This document shows positions 8,735 to 18,130 of a stretch of 64,000 bases of DNA, piece by piece (position 1 is the first letter of the stretch; each line of letters opens with the position of its first letter). The stretch is from an uncultured Gammaproteobacteria bacterium (GTDB lineage: Bacteria > Patescibacteriota > Microgenomatia > UBA8517): the NCBI GenBank assembly GCA_964627195.1, contig CAZVJU010000003.1, positions 14,854 to 78,853 on the forward strand. The letters run 5' to 3'. The notes under the pieces were generated by a model. That model was given only the letters and a program-made list of their open reading frames with translations. It was not told the DNA's origin and searched no databases. The position numbers were made by a program, and so were the translations under genes.

Positions 8735-9410
8735 TGCGTGTCCCCAGGTTATCGGCGCTTGAATAAACTATGTTCTTGCCTTCGGGAAGAACCGGCGAGG
8801 CCCAATAGTAAAGCTTTTCTGCAATAGGTGTGGGAAGATTAACACATCCATGGCTCCGCGGCGTTCCAAAATCGTTATGCCAGTAGGTTCCGTGTAACCC
8901 ATAACCCCTCCAATTAGGAACTTTACTGTTGCCGAAATACATCACATACGGGACATTCGGTAAATTATAATAATATCTGCCGCTTCCTCCTTCCATCTTT
9001 GTGGCTCTAAGTTTAATCCAAATTCTAAATTCACCTACAGGAGTCGGGGTCCCAGGGAGTCCGCTGGAAACACGTGTTTCCAGAAACAAATTACCACCAT
9101 CCCACGCTTGTAACTTTTGTTCCGACAAATCAACTTCAATGTAGCGATCGCCATTTGTTGTTCCGAGTACTCTGTCTGCATCCGGCGCAGATGCGATCAT
9201 GGGAGGAACCTGAAGTCTTTGCCCCTCAAAAATTGCCAGTTTCTGAGTAGGATCATATTCTCCGGCATAGTTTACGCTCTGGCAGGCACTTATGTCGTCG
9301 CTCTTAGTTTTTACTTTCTGAACAGTACTATTATCCCTGAAATTCAAAGTCAGGAAAAAAGAGAACATCAGGACAGAGCAAGATAAAATGATTAGAAAAT
9401 TTTTCTTCAT
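8718..9410 (-). CDS. L,D-transpeptidase (YkuD domain), secreted
   Basis: N-terminal signal sequence. The catalytic block is YGLHGTYWHNDFGTPRSHGCVNLP. Confidence 0.75.
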   Translation of the reverse strand: MKKNFLIILSCSVLMFSFFLTLNFRDNSTVQKVKTKSDDISACQSVNYAGEYDPTQKLAIFEGQRLQVPPMIASAPDADRVLGTTNGDRYIEVDLSEQKLQAWDGGNLFLETRVSSGLPGTPTPVGEFRIWIKLRATKMEGGSGRYYYNLPNVPYVMYFGNSKVPNWRGYGLHGTYWHNDFGTPRSHGCVNLPTPIAEKLYYWASPVLPEGKNIVYSSADNLGTRIVIHD

Positions 9411-9444
9411 TTAACTACCTACTACTAATATATCTAATATCTCT

Positions 9445-9846
9445 TTGTTTTTCCAATTGACAAGATTATACTTACTGGGTATGGGGTTAAGACATCCGAC
9501 AGCAAAGAGTTTCACTTATGCTTTCCAAGGGATAAAAACTGCATTCAAAAGAGAGCCGAATTTCAGAATTCATCTCTTACTGGCAATTTTTGTTCTTTTA
9601 TCGGCAACTTTATTAAAGTTTTCTCTCATTGAATGGCTTATATTGGCATTTACAATAACCTTTGTAATTACATTGGAGCTTCTTAATACTGTTCTGGAGG
9701 CGATGGTAAATCTCATTAGTCCTAATATCTCCGAAGAGGCGCGTGTCGCAAAGGATGTTGCGGCAGGAATGGTACTTGTGATATCAGCTTTAGCCGTTGT
9801 AGTCGGCTTACTCCTTTTTGTACCAAAAGTTCTTAATCTTTTCTAG
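9445..9846 (+). CDS. dgkA: Diacylglycerol kinase (prokaryotic DgkA family)
   Basis: About 130 aa with three TM segments. The NTVLEAMVN and AKDVAAGMVL blocks are present. Confidence 0.7.
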   Translation: MFFQLTRLYLLGMGLRHPTAKSFTYAFQGIKTAFKREPNFRIHLLLAIFVLLSATLLKFSLIEWLILAFTITFVITLELLNTVLEAMVNLISPNISEEARVAKDVAAGMVLVISALAVVVGLLLFVPKVLNLF

Positions 9847-9851
9847 AATCT

Positions 9852-10592
9852 CTAAAGAAAAAACGTCAGGATACCTAAAAGTGCAGCGTAAAACCCGAAA
9901 ATTTTGAATTTTGAATTTTTGAGAAGCTGCATTGTCCAAGAAATAGACATATAACCAAAAACGGCAGAGGCTATAAAACCCAAAATCAAAGAAGAACTAT
10001 TAGTGGATAGCTCGTTTCTTGCATGGTAAAGCTCCAGTGCATTTGCGCCTAAAATCGCAGGAACCGACAGGAGAAACGAAAATTGAAGTGCTTCCTGGCG
10101 GGCTATTCCTCTTTTGAGCGCGGCAAAAATCGTTGCACCCGAGCGCGAAATTGCCGGTACTATTGCCAATGCCTGACCAATGCCGATTATAAAAGAGTCT
10201 CCGGCAGATATAGTTTTTTTAGTACCTGCTAATTTATCTATCCAAAAACATAATACCGAGGTAATAAAAAACTGGATTCCAAGAATTGCCCCGACTTGTG
10301 TAAAACTATTCTCCAGGGTTGTCCTAAACAGTAACCCGAATAAAGCTGCAGGGATGCTTCCAATAATTAGTAAAGTGAGGTAAGAAAAATCTATATGGAA
10401 AATTTTCTTTCTAAAAAAGATTAGAACAGAAAAAAGAGTCCCAAAATGCAAAACCACATCGAAAAGCACTCCGGGCTGTGAAAATCCGGGAATAAAATGT
10501 TGGGCAAGAACCAAATGCCCGGAAGATGAAACCGGCAGAAATTCAGTTAAGCCCTGGATAATGCCTAAAATTATCACCCAAAAAATAGTCAT
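9852..10592 (-). CDS. uppP: Undecaprenyl-diphosphatase UppP/BacA
   Basis: The N-terminal GLTEFLPVSSSGHL signature is present in a multi-TM protein. Confidence 0.9.
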   Translation of the reverse strand: MTIFWVIILGIIQGLTEFLPVSSSGHLVLAQHFIPGFSQPGVLFDVVLHFGTLFSVLIFFRKKIFHIDFSYLTLLIIGSIPAALFGLLFRTTLENSFTQVGAILGIQFFITSVLCFWIDKLAGTKKTISAGDSFIIGIGQALAIVPAISRSGATIFAALKRGIARQEALQFSFLLSVPAILGANALELYHARNELSTNSSSLILGFIASAVFGYMSISWTMQLLKNSKFKIFGFYAALLGILTFFL

Positions 10593-10598
10593 AATAAT

Positions 10599-11264
10599 TT
10601 AGTGAACTTCTTCAAATCGTGCATGTGTGTAAAAATCAGGGTCGGATTGTAATATTATTTCTTTAGGATTTTTAATCTTATCGATATTAATTACACCTTC
10701 CATATGGTCAAACTCGTGTTGAAAAACACGATTCATCATTTTCCCAACATCAGTATCATCTTTTGTATCCCAGTGTTTTAGATTACCGTTTTCGTCATAA
10801 TAATCAAACTCTATCCAAGAAGACCGTACCGTGGGAACTATAACAGGACTCGCACTCATACACATCTCCGGATATTTTAAAAGTTTCTTGGAATATTCAG
10901 TAACTTTTGGATTAATAAATACTTCAAGATCCTTTAAACCAACCTCCCTTTTATTCTTAATATTCTTTATCGTTTGCCCCGTATAAATTATTGAAAACCG
11001 CTCAGGAATCCCAAGTTGCACGGCCGTGACTCCCCGCCCGTAGCCGGTTTGTTTTCTGTATTTAATTAGGCACTTTTTGACATAGCGAATTTTTGCTTTT
11101 GTTTCCTGTGAAATAATTTTATTGACAGGAATGTGTTTTGAAGGCTTTCTCAAGTCAGCAAGTTCACCAATTTGATGAATAAAACTACCAACTTTACTAG
11201 CCTTGGTAAAAACTTGTGTTTTAAACTGAAAAAATTTAGGGAGTACCGGAGCCCATTTTGCCAT
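10599..11264 (-). CDS. def: Peptide deformylase
   Basis: The three PDF motifs are present: GRGVTAVQLG, EMCMS and QHEFDHMEG. Confidence 0.85.
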   Translation of the reverse strand: MAKWAPVLPKFFQFKTQVFTKASKVGSFIHQIGELADLRKPSKHIPVNKIISQETKAKIRYVKKCLIKYRKQTGYGRGVTAVQLGIPERFSIIYTGQTIKNIKNKREVGLKDLEVFINPKVTEYSKKLLKYPEMCMSASPVIVPTVRSSWIEFDYYDENGNLKHWDTKDDTDVGKMMNRVFQHEFDHMEGVINIDKIKNPKEIILQSDPDFYTHARFEEVH

Positions 11265-11291
11265 AAGCGAATTATAACAAAATTTAGCTTT

Positions 11292-11960
11292 TTAGGATCT
11301 TCTATCTTTCAATACGAAAAGTACAAGCGCATCAATTACTATCGGTGCCAGGAAAAAAACATTGGCGTTCTTTAATAGCTCTATTGCAGATTCACTGAAA
11401 GACAAATCGGTCAGATTAACAGGAATTCTGATCCCCAGAACAAAAAGAAATGCAATTACGAAAAGACTGAAAAGGAAAAGAACAAGCGCGCCTTCCATAT
11501 CCTTTTTACTTGCAAACATAGAGTTTGCCACTTCAAAAATAAGTATGCCTGCCAAAATATTGCCCCACCATACATCACTAAAACGATCTGTCAAAATCAA
11601 ATAAAGGATAGTAAATATTATTAAAATTCCGAAAATAAAAGGCGCAACGCCAATCAAAAACCTGCGAACAGGGTCTGTTTTACCTATCCCGACGCTACCC
11701 AAATCTACCCCGCCTCCCTCTTCTTTAAACTTGGGTAAAAGTTCCAATTCACCCACCGGAACTAAAAGAAAAAGAGCAGCCAGAAAGTGAGAAATTTCGT
11801 GGATAAAAGTCCCGGGCAAATATACAACGGCAAAAAGGTACATGCTCCAATTTCTCCTTTTTGTAACTTGAAAGAAGAAATGAAAAACCTTCTGGTTGAC
11901 TCTTCGTGATAAAAAATAAAGACCGGTAATTTCCAAGAGAAGAAATAGTATGTAAACCAT
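11292..11960 (-). CDS. Membrane protein with an HExxH motif (putative zincin-like metallopeptidase, DUF3267-like)
   Basis: Multi-TM protein. FIHEISHFLAA contains HExxH. Confidence 0.4.
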   Translation of the reverse strand: MVYILFLLLEITGLYFLSRRVNQKVFHFFFQVTKRRNWSMYLFAVVYLPGTFIHEISHFLAALFLLVPVGELELLPKFKEEGGGVDLGSVGIGKTDPVRRFLIGVAPFIFGILIIFTILYLILTDRFSDVWWGNILAGILIFEVANSMFASKKDMEGALVLFLFSLFVIAFLFVLGIRIPVNLTDLSFSESAIELLKNANVFFLAPIVIDALVLFVLKDRRS

Positions 11961-11990
11961 TATCTCTTAAGTGTAGCAAGTATTAATTTC

Positions 11991-12053
11991 TTTCACACCG
12001 GGTGTGTGATTCAAATTGATAATTATAAATAGGGATCACACACCCGGTGTGGC
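11991..12053. repeat. REPIN-like doublet: two 17-bp REP-like units in inverted orientation (cacaccgggtgtgtgat / atcacacacccggtgtg) separated by about 20 nt
   Basis: The two units are exact reverse complements. The doublet lies in a divergent intergenic region. Confidence 0.7.
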
Positions 12054-12095
12054 TTAATTGTAGATTAGCATTAAGTTACATGCTAATGTGATAAT

Positions 12096-13295
12096 ATGAA
12101 AATCGTTTTGCCCAAAAGGCCTCCGAAATTTCGTTTTGATAGACATATCCCTATTATTGTTACTCTTCTTTTAGTAATCGGTGTGGGTTATTATTTTTTT
12201 AGTAACAAAACAACAGGGCTTCAAAAGTTAATCACAACTATAACCGCGGAGAAAGACAAAAATCTGGAGGAGTTAAATAAAATTAGGACGGAATTGGAAA
12301 CGCTTAAAGGCGAAGATCAGCTAAAAAGAAATAACGAGCTCCAGGCGGAAATTCAAAATATTGAAAAGTCGTACGACAAGGCAGTAACTATTTACGAAGA
12401 TTTGTTGGATTTGAAGGCCAAAACGAAGGATACCAAAACTCTTGACGAATTATTCGCAAAATCTCTGGCCCACTTAGCACAAAGGGATTTTAGCGCTGCA
12501 AATGCATCTTTGACCGGCCTTTCAACAAAAATTAAAGAGGAAGATACAAAGCTTGCTGCAAGTTTTACCATACCCCAGAGCATCCCCCAATCTAACGCTC
12601 CCCCAGGCTCAGGGTATGTGAGACAACAGGTTCAAACCGATACCGGAAGCTTCATGGTAAGCATCATTGCGGCTGATCTCGGAAGCACAAAAGTCATTGT
12701 CGACACTGCTGCCGATTCGGACTGCTCAAACGAGTGTCCTACACTGCCACTTGCAACCTATGTATCACGAACCGGTGCATTTGCCGGTGTAAATGGTTCT
12801 TACTTTTGCCCCGCAGATTATCCGTCGTGTGCAGGTAAAACAAATACATATGATCTTCTCGCCATGAACTATAAAAAGACCTATTTTAATTCGGGAAATA
12901 ATGTCTACAGCAACAATCCGGCAGTAATTTTCGGTGATAGCTATATCCGATTTGTCTCTTCGGCGTCTCAATGGGGCAGGGATACTTCGCCTAACGGAGT
13001 TTTATCAAACTATCCGCTTTTAGTAGCTGGAGGTAACATTACTTTTGGCGGAGACGATGACCCCAAAAAGGGCAGCAAGGGGGCAAGAAGCTTTGTTGCC
13101 AATAAAGGCAATACTGCTTTTATCGGTGTCGTCCATAATGCCACAGTTGCCGAATCAGCCCGAGTTATGAAATCTTTAGGAATGGAAAATGCACTCAATT
13201 TGGATGACGGTGGCTCGACTGCATTATGGAGTGGGGGTTACAAAGTCGGCCCCGGCCGCAATCTCCCCAATGTAATACTTTTTGTGAGAAAATAG
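12096..13295 (+). CDS. Phosphodiester glycosidase (NAGPA-like, DUF2233) family protein, N-terminal TM anchor plus coiled coil
   Basis: The C-terminal block ...ALNLDDGGSTALW is typical of the NAGPA family. An N-terminal TM segment is present. Confidence 0.6.
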   Translation: MKIVLPKRPPKFRFDRHIPIIVTLLLVIGVGYYFFSNKTTGLQKLITTITAEKDKNLEELNKIRTELETLKGEDQLKRNNELQAEIQNIEKSYDKAVTIYEDLLDLKAKTKDTKTLDELFAKSLAHLAQRDFSAANASLTGLSTKIKEEDTKLAASFTIPQSIPQSNAPPGSGYVRQQVQTDTGSFMVSIIAADLGSTKVIVDTAADSDCSNECPTLPLATYVSRTGAFAGVNGSYFCPADYPSCAGKTNTYDLLAMNYKKTYFNSGNNVYSNNPAVIFGDSYIRFVSSASQWGRDTSPNGVLSNYPLLVAGGNITFGGDDDPKKGSKGARSFVANKGNTAFIGVVHNATVAESARVMKSLGMENALNLDDGGSTALWSGGYKVGPGRNLPNVILFVRK

Positions 13296-13332
13296 GCTTG
13301 TTAGCCCTCAACTTGGTATAATTATCATCACT

Positions 13333-13959
13333 ATGTATAGTGAAGTATTTTTTGACGTCGAGACAAAAAAGTTATTTGGGGATATTGAGGGAGACGATCC
13401 GGGAGATCTGGGAGTTTCAATAGTATCGGTTTATTCCAGGAAAATTGATGTAAACTCGAGCGTCAGTGGTGAGCAAAGTCGAACCATCGAAGGACAAATT
13501 CAAAGCTTTTGGGAAAAAGATTTTGCTAAAATGTGGCCAATTTTCCAGGAAGCTGATCGGATAATTGGCTATAACTCTCTGGGATTTGATGTTCCTACTT
13601 TACGGCCGTATACAAATTTTCCATTCGCAAAACTTCCTCACTTTGACATCATGGCAAGAGTGAAAGAAGTCTATGGTCATAGAATTCCGATGGATGCAAT
13701 TGCCAAAGAAACACTGGACAGGGAAAAGACAGATGTAGGTTTAAACGCTGTTTTTTACTGGCAAAAAGGCGACGCGGAAAGCCTGGAAAAACTCCAGAAA
13801 TATTGCGAGGCAGATGTGTTAATTACCCGAGATATCTACGATTTCGTCCTCAAAAATAAGCATCTTCTTTTCAAAGACAAATGGAATACCATCCGAAAAG
13901 TCGAGTTAGACTTTTCGTATCCCAAAGAAGCCACCGAAAAACAAGAAGGTTTATTTTAA
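13333..13959 (+). CDS. RNase H-fold 3'-5' exonuclease-like protein (YprB/RNase_H_2-like)
   Basis: FFDVET, IGYNSLGFDVPTL and YCEADVLITRDIYD blocks resemble DEDD-type exonuclease motifs. Confidence 0.5.
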   Translation: MYSEVFFDVETKKLFGDIEGDDPGDLGVSIVSVYSRKIDVNSSVSGEQSRTIEGQIQSFWEKDFAKMWPIFQEADRIIGYNSLGFDVPTLRPYTNFPFAKLPHFDIMARVKEVYGHRIPMDAIAKETLDREKTDVGLNAVFYWQKGDAESLEKLQKYCEADVLITRDIYDFVLKNKHLLFKDKWNTIRKVELDFSYPKEATEKQEGLF

Positions 13960-14007
13960 AAACTATATTCACCTTGCAGGGGTTACCCTTTAAAGGTCGT
14001 TGCACAT

Positions 14008-14538
14008 TTATTTTGTCCAAAAGTTGTTAAGAAGAGTTTCAACTTTTTCTTTCTCTTTAGAATTGTTTAGTGGAAAAGAAGCAATGAGAATATAATCATA
14101 CTGATTGGAATCATTTCCAAATAATATAAATTCCGATAAGTGCAAAGTTTCATTTATGTTTAATCCTACAACTTCTGCCTGGCAAGTATAACCACTTAAT
14201 TCATTTATTTTAACCTCAGAAAAACTGTAATTTTTAGGATTCTGTTCTTTGAGAACATCCCTGCATAGATTTTCCATAGATTGCCTATCCTTATTTTTAT
14301 TCACGCTCTTTAGTACAGGAGATATTCCAAAATATGAAATTATTTTATTGTTTTTATACGTTCCTAAGGACATATACACGCCTTCTTTTGGATCCAGAAC
14401 ACCCCACCCTCTTGTATCAAGAAGCATAAACTTATACGTTTTGTCCTCATATGCATGTTTATAAAAGTTGTAGTATAAAAGAAGTCCTAAAATACCTAAA
14501 ACCACAAATATAAGTAGAACAAGTAGAAGCTTTTTCAC
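14008..14538 (-). CDS. Hypothetical membrane-anchored protein
   Basis: N-terminal TM segment, no recognisable motif. Confidence 0.3.
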   Translation of the reverse strand: MKKLLLVLLIFVVLGILGLLLYYNFYKHAYEDKTYKFMLLDTRGWGVLDPKEGVYMSLGTYKNNKIISYFGISPVLKSVNKNKDRQSMENLCRDVLKEQNPKNYSFSEVKINELSGYTCQAEVVGLNINETLHLSEFILFGNDSNQYDYILIASFPLNNSKEKEKVETLLNNFWTK

Positions 14539-14653
14539 AATCTCATTTTAGTTAGGTTATCTGTGAAAGTAAAGAATCGACCATATAAAACTACTTTTAA
14601 AAAGTGTTATTGGACGCAAATTCAGTTCTTCTGACCGTAGATTTACTTGACAT

Positions 14654-16381
14654 CTATCCGAAGGTAAAAGCATAAAGTTCGAGGTTGGAATCGAGGAATT
14701 CAAGTTTTAATACGTGTTGGCCGGGTTTATCGAGCTTCACTAATTTATAGAGCCTATCAATATCAACGCTAACTACCCCATCTTTTACGTCATCTCCCGC
14801 ATTACTCCCTGTAAGTAACTTATCATCCAAAGTTACCCGAACTTTTCCCTCCGTTTTCCCTTTTGGTCGCATCACCAAAAACACATCCTTTGACTCAAAT
14901 GCCAAAACTAGAGTGGAACCAGAAAACGGCATCGACCCTTCCTCCTCTATTTGCCAATCTCCTGACAGTGCAAAATGGTTGATGACTAAGTCTTCGGGTA
15001 ATTCATAAGTCTTTTTCTCGTCCCTAGCTAATTCATTCGGTGTTGCAAAGTAACCCATTCGGCCGTATCCAAGATAAAGCTCAGGTGTTCTTGTAGTGAT
15101 TTGGTACTTCGGATTATTAACTCCCTCTTTTATCTCAACTCCGGTTTCTGCTAAAAGCGCTTGAATCACCTCTTCGGTTTCATCATATTCGCCTTCGCCA
15201 AAATGAGTGTAGCGGATTTTGCCGTTCTTATCGACAATATACTTAGCTGGCCAGTAGTGATTGTCATAAACCCGCCATGTGGCATAATTATTATCTTGCA
15301 TCACAGGATATTTAATTTCAAAGTCCTCGATTGCTTTTTGAACATTCTCGGGAGATTTTTCAAATTCAAACTCGGGAGTGTGAACCCCGATTATTACCAA
15401 TCCTTTGTCGGCATACTTTTCGTACCAATCTCTTAAATAAGGCAAGGTTCGAATGCAATTAATACATGTGTAGGTCCAGAAATCTACCATCACAACTTTC
15501 CCTCGAAGCTCTTTCAAAGTCAGAGGTTTAGTATTGAACCAATCGCCGCCAGGAATTAGCTCTGGTGCATTAACCCCTGAATCATCAAGTAAATTAAACG
15601 TCGGCTTTCCCATATCTTCTTCACTCACCTCACCTCCATCTAGTCTATCAAGAGCGCGCCGAATTGTCTCGTTATCTTCGAAGCTAGTTAATCCTGTTCC
15701 ATAATTCGGAAATTTATCCAAGATAAAGGTTTGAAATTTTCTGTCAATGTTAAAAAATATCGCAAGTGCGGTCAATATCATCAAAACTCCGAAAGCTTTT
15801 TGAATCTTTACAGTATTACGAGTAAGCCAAGGAACTTTATTTAGTAAATTTCTGCCTCCATACACTATCGCAAGCATGGGAATTGCGGTTCCAAGCGAAT
15901 AAGAAAATGTAATTAATGCGGCTTGACCGGAAACGCTTCCCGTTATTGCAAGAGAAATAATCGAGGCTAAAATCGGACCAACACACGGCGTCCAGACTAA
16001 GCCAATACTCGCACCGATCAAAACCCCGCCGACAAAGCCTGAATCTTCTTTTAGTTTGGGACTGAATCTGGAGAAATAGGTAAAGAAACGCTCTAAAAGA
16101 GCCTGAAAATTCGGAAGTAAAAGTCCCAAGCCAAAAATGAGAATTATAATAATCGAAAAACTTCGCAAAGCGCCAGCCGGAATTCCCAAAGATTTAACTA
16201 TCAAACTCAAAAAAAGCGTAAAAAATGTGAAGCTTATGATAAACCCGGTTACCACCCCTAACGGCCTTTTCTTACTGCCCGTTAATGAGCTGGACAAAAT
16301 AACTGGCAAGATAGGCAAAATGCAGGGAGAAAGAATAGTTACCACCCCGGCAAGAAATGCAAATAGAATAAGCAAAATCAT
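14654..16381 (-). CDS. DipZ-like protein: CcdA/DsbD transmembrane domain fused to a thioredoxin-like domain
   Basis: N-terminal multi-TM region with CxxP-type Cys residues. The redoxin block FWTYTCINCIRTLPYL...VIGVHTPEFEFEK is present. Confidence 0.75.
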   Translation of the reverse strand: MILLILFAFLAGVVTILSPCILPILPVILSSSLTGSKKRPLGVVTGFIISFTFFTLFLSLIVKSLGIPAGALRSFSIIIILIFGLGLLLPNFQALLERFFTYFSRFSPKLKEDSGFVGGVLIGASIGLVWTPCVGPILASIISLAITGSVSGQAALITFSYSLGTAIPMLAIVYGGRNLLNKVPWLTRNTVKIQKAFGVLMILTALAIFFNIDRKFQTFILDKFPNYGTGLTSFEDNETIRRALDRLDGGEVSEEDMGKPTFNLLDDSGVNAPELIPGGDWFNTKPLTLKELRGKVVMVDFWTYTCINCIRTLPYLRDWYEKYADKGLVIIGVHTPEFEFEKSPENVQKAIEDFEIKYPVMQDNNYATWRVYDNHYWPAKYIVDKNGKIRYTHFGEGEYDETEEVIQALLAETGVEIKEGVNNPKYQITTRTPELYLGYGRMGYFATPNELARDEKKTYELPEDLVINHFALSGDWQIEEEGSMPFSGSTLVLAFESKDVFLVMRPKGKTEGKVRVTLDDKLLTGSNAGDDVKDGVVSVDIDRLYKLVKLDKPGQHVLKLEFLDSNLELYAFTFG

Positions 16382-16585
16382 AACTACTTAATAACTCTTA
16401 AATTTTTATATAGCTAAATACTAGCATGTTACTGGAGAAAAATTAATCTCAACTATGATTTGGGTCACGATTTTCTGAACTACAGGTCTTCTGTGATCAC
16501 CACCAAAGTCGCAGAGAAGCGTGAGTTTTTGGTATAATTCAACTTAATATAGTGGCCGACGTAGATTCGGCCATTATTTTCGCAT

Positions 16586-16659
16586 TGAGGGATCTGCTAA
16601 TGGTAGGCAAGCGGACTCTGAATCCGTTAATCTAGGTTCGAATCCTAGTCCCTCAGCCA
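16586..16659 (+). tRNA. tRNA-Gln (anticodon CTG), CCA encoded
   Basis: 74-nt cloverleaf. The acceptor is TGAGGGA/TCCCTCA, the T-arm is CTAGG-TTCGAAT-CCTAG, the anticodon loop is CTCTGAA, and it ends in a discriminator G followed by CCA. Confidence 0.85.
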
Positions 16660-16663
16660 AATC

Positions 16664-17194
16664 ATGAAAATTATAATTAAACTCAAATATTTATTCCTCT
16701 TATTCTTCTTTCTGTTTGCCCTATTGTCAAATTATTATTTAGGTTCAAGAAATATTCAAAACGCTGCAAATGACAATTTCAATGGAGGAATATGTTACGC
16801 ATGTCAATCATGTAAAGACGTATATGAAATATGTCAAAAGAGATTTGGTTTTGATATCTATAATCTTATTTACTCTCTTATTCCTATTTCTTTTGTAATT
16901 GCTCTATTTAATAACATATATTTAAAAAGCAACCTATATAGAACGATTAAACAAAGTATATTATTGGGAATGATATGGTTAATATCTATTGAAATAATAG
17001 TAAGGATATTCCAGATCCCGGTACTTTATACTCATTTCCTTGAGGGTAGACAAAGTTTACATTATCAATTCTTTACATTATTTCCCGAATTTATTGTGAT
17101 TTTTTCTATATTTCAATCAATTATTTCAGGTGTATTTGGTTATTTCGTAGGTAGCATTACAAAACATTTCATATTAAGAAAAGTAGTAAAATAG
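16664..17194 (+). CDS. Hypothetical AT-rich membrane protein immediately downstream of tRNA-Gln
   Basis: 176-aa multi-TM protein with very low GC. It starts 5 nt after the tRNA. Confidence 0.35.
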   Translation: MKIIIKLKYLFLLFFFLFALLSNYYLGSRNIQNAANDNFNGGICYACQSCKDVYEICQKRFGFDIYNLIYSLIPISFVIALFNNIYLKSNLYRTIKQSILLGMIWLISIEIIVRIFQIPVLYTHFLEGRQSLHYQFFTLFPEFIVIFSIFQSIISGVFGYFVGSITKHFILRKVVK

Positions 17195-17228
17195 GTTCTA
17201 ATAGCGTACAAAGTGCGCAGCCAGTAAG
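17195..17228 (+). repeat. About 34-nt 3'-end element, copy D (gttctaatagcgtacaaagtgcgcagccagtaag)
   Basis: Matches the consensus of copies at 20167, 21781 and 23020. It starts immediately after a stop codon. Confidence 0.6.
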
Positions 17229-17253
17229 AATTGGAGAGAGGTCGGGAGGTAGC

Positions 17254-17337
17254 GCTTTCCGCGCCCGCCTCCGCGGAAAGCGGTAATCACCCGGTAATCA
17301 CCCGGTAATCACCCGGTAATCACCCGTCAGGTGATAT
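17254..17337 (+). repeat. GC-rich hairpin (gctttccgcg...cgcggaaagc), then 4 tandem copies of the 11-mer cggtaatcacc, ending in a REP-like palindrome atcacccgtcaggtgatat
   Basis: Read directly from the sequence. The REP unit is the inverted partner of the units at 18061 and 18107. Confidence 0.7.
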
Positions 17338-17340
17338 ACA

Positions 17341-17369
17341 TTGACACAACTCGGAAATAGACATAGGAT
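17341..17369 (+). promoter_or_regulatory. Putative promoter for the transposase gene (TTGACA-N17-TAGGAT)
   Basis: A perfect -35 with a weak -10, ending 10 nt before the ATG. Confidence 0.3.
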
Positions 17370-17378
17370 ATTATTAAT

Positions 17379-18044
17379 ATGTCTGGAAAAAGAAATGTCA
17401 TATTTGCCAAAAACGAAATCTACCACCTTTTTAATCGTTCAAATGCTAACGAATCGATTTTCGTAAAGAAAAAGGAAATCACAAGATCTCTTAACTTGAT
17501 GTCATTTTACAGATTTAATCAAAGTTTGAGATTTTCTTTTTTTGACAGACTTCCTGAAGAACAAAAAGATAAGTATTTGGAAAAGACTTTAGGAAACGTA
17601 CCAAATGTTGACATACTTTCCTACTCCTTAATGCCTAACCACTTTCATTTACTCATAAAGCAAACAAATGAAAAAGGAATAAAAAATTATCTCTCTAATT
17701 TCCAGAACAGCTTTGCGAAATATTTTAATATAAAAAATAAAAGGTTTGGAACTCTTTTTCAGAGACCTTTTAAGGCTAAACATGTAGAATCTGACGAACA
17801 ACTTCTTCACATATCAAGGTACATCCATCTTAATCCTGTTACATCCTATATGATGGAGTTTGAGAATTTGAGAAGTAGTGACTTGACCTCTTTACAATTA
17901 TATTTAGATAAAAAGAAGTCTTGGGTTAATACTGATCTAATTATTAATTTAATAGGTTCGGTATCAAAATACGAAAAATTTGTGAAAGATCATGTTGACT
18001 ATCAAAGAAAATTAAGTAAAATCAAGCACTTGTTATTAGATTAG
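17379..18044 (+). CDS. IS200/IS605-family Y1 HUH transposase, REP-associated (RAYT-like)
   Basis: The HUH motif LMPNHFHLLI is present, along with the C-terminal catalytic-Tyr block LFQRPF...ISRYIHLNPV, which parallels LWQRSY...YI.NP of TnpA IS200. The gene is flanked by inverted REP-like palindromes. Confidence 0.8.
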   Translation: MSGKRNVIFAKNEIYHLFNRSNANESIFVKKKEITRSLNLMSFYRFNQSLRFSFFDRLPEEQKDKYLEKTLGNVPNVDILSYSLMPNHFHLLIKQTNEKGIKNYLSNFQNSFAKYFNIKNKRFGTLFQRPFKAKHVESDEQLLHISRYIHLNPVTSYMMEFENLRSSDLTSLQLYLDKKKSWVNTDLIINLIGSVSKYEKFVKDHVDYQRKLSKIKHLLLD

Positions 18045-18130
18045 TAAGGTGTGTGAACCAATATCACCTGACGGGTGATACGTAGATTAGTAAGGTGTGT
18101 GAACCAATATCACCTGACGGGTGATACGCC
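18039..18130 (+). repeat. 2 x 46-bp tandem direct repeat (gattagtaaggtgtgtgaaccaatatcacctgacgggtgatacg), each containing a REP-like palindrome
   Basis: The two copies differ only at their last 2 nt. The first copy overlaps the transposase stop codon. Confidence 0.8.

Larger units (their letters stand above)
17319..18127 (+). mobile_element. RAYT unit: transposase gene bounded by inverted REP-like palindromes (left 17319-17337; right 18061-18081 and 18107-18127)
   Basis: The left unit atcacccgtcaggtgatat is the exact reverse complement of the right unit atatcacctgacgggtgat. The right side is duplicated as a 46-bp tandem repeat. Confidence 0.6.

Noticed and set aside
17281-17324. Four tandem 11-mers as a CRISPR array
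   Set aside because: The units are contiguous with no spacers, are only 11 nt long, and no cas genes are present. This is a simple tandem repeat abutting a REP-like element.
18039-18130. 2 x 46-bp repeats as a CRISPR array
   Set aside because: There are only two copies, directly adjacent with no spacer between them. Each contains the REP-like palindrome. This is a duplicated REP unit.
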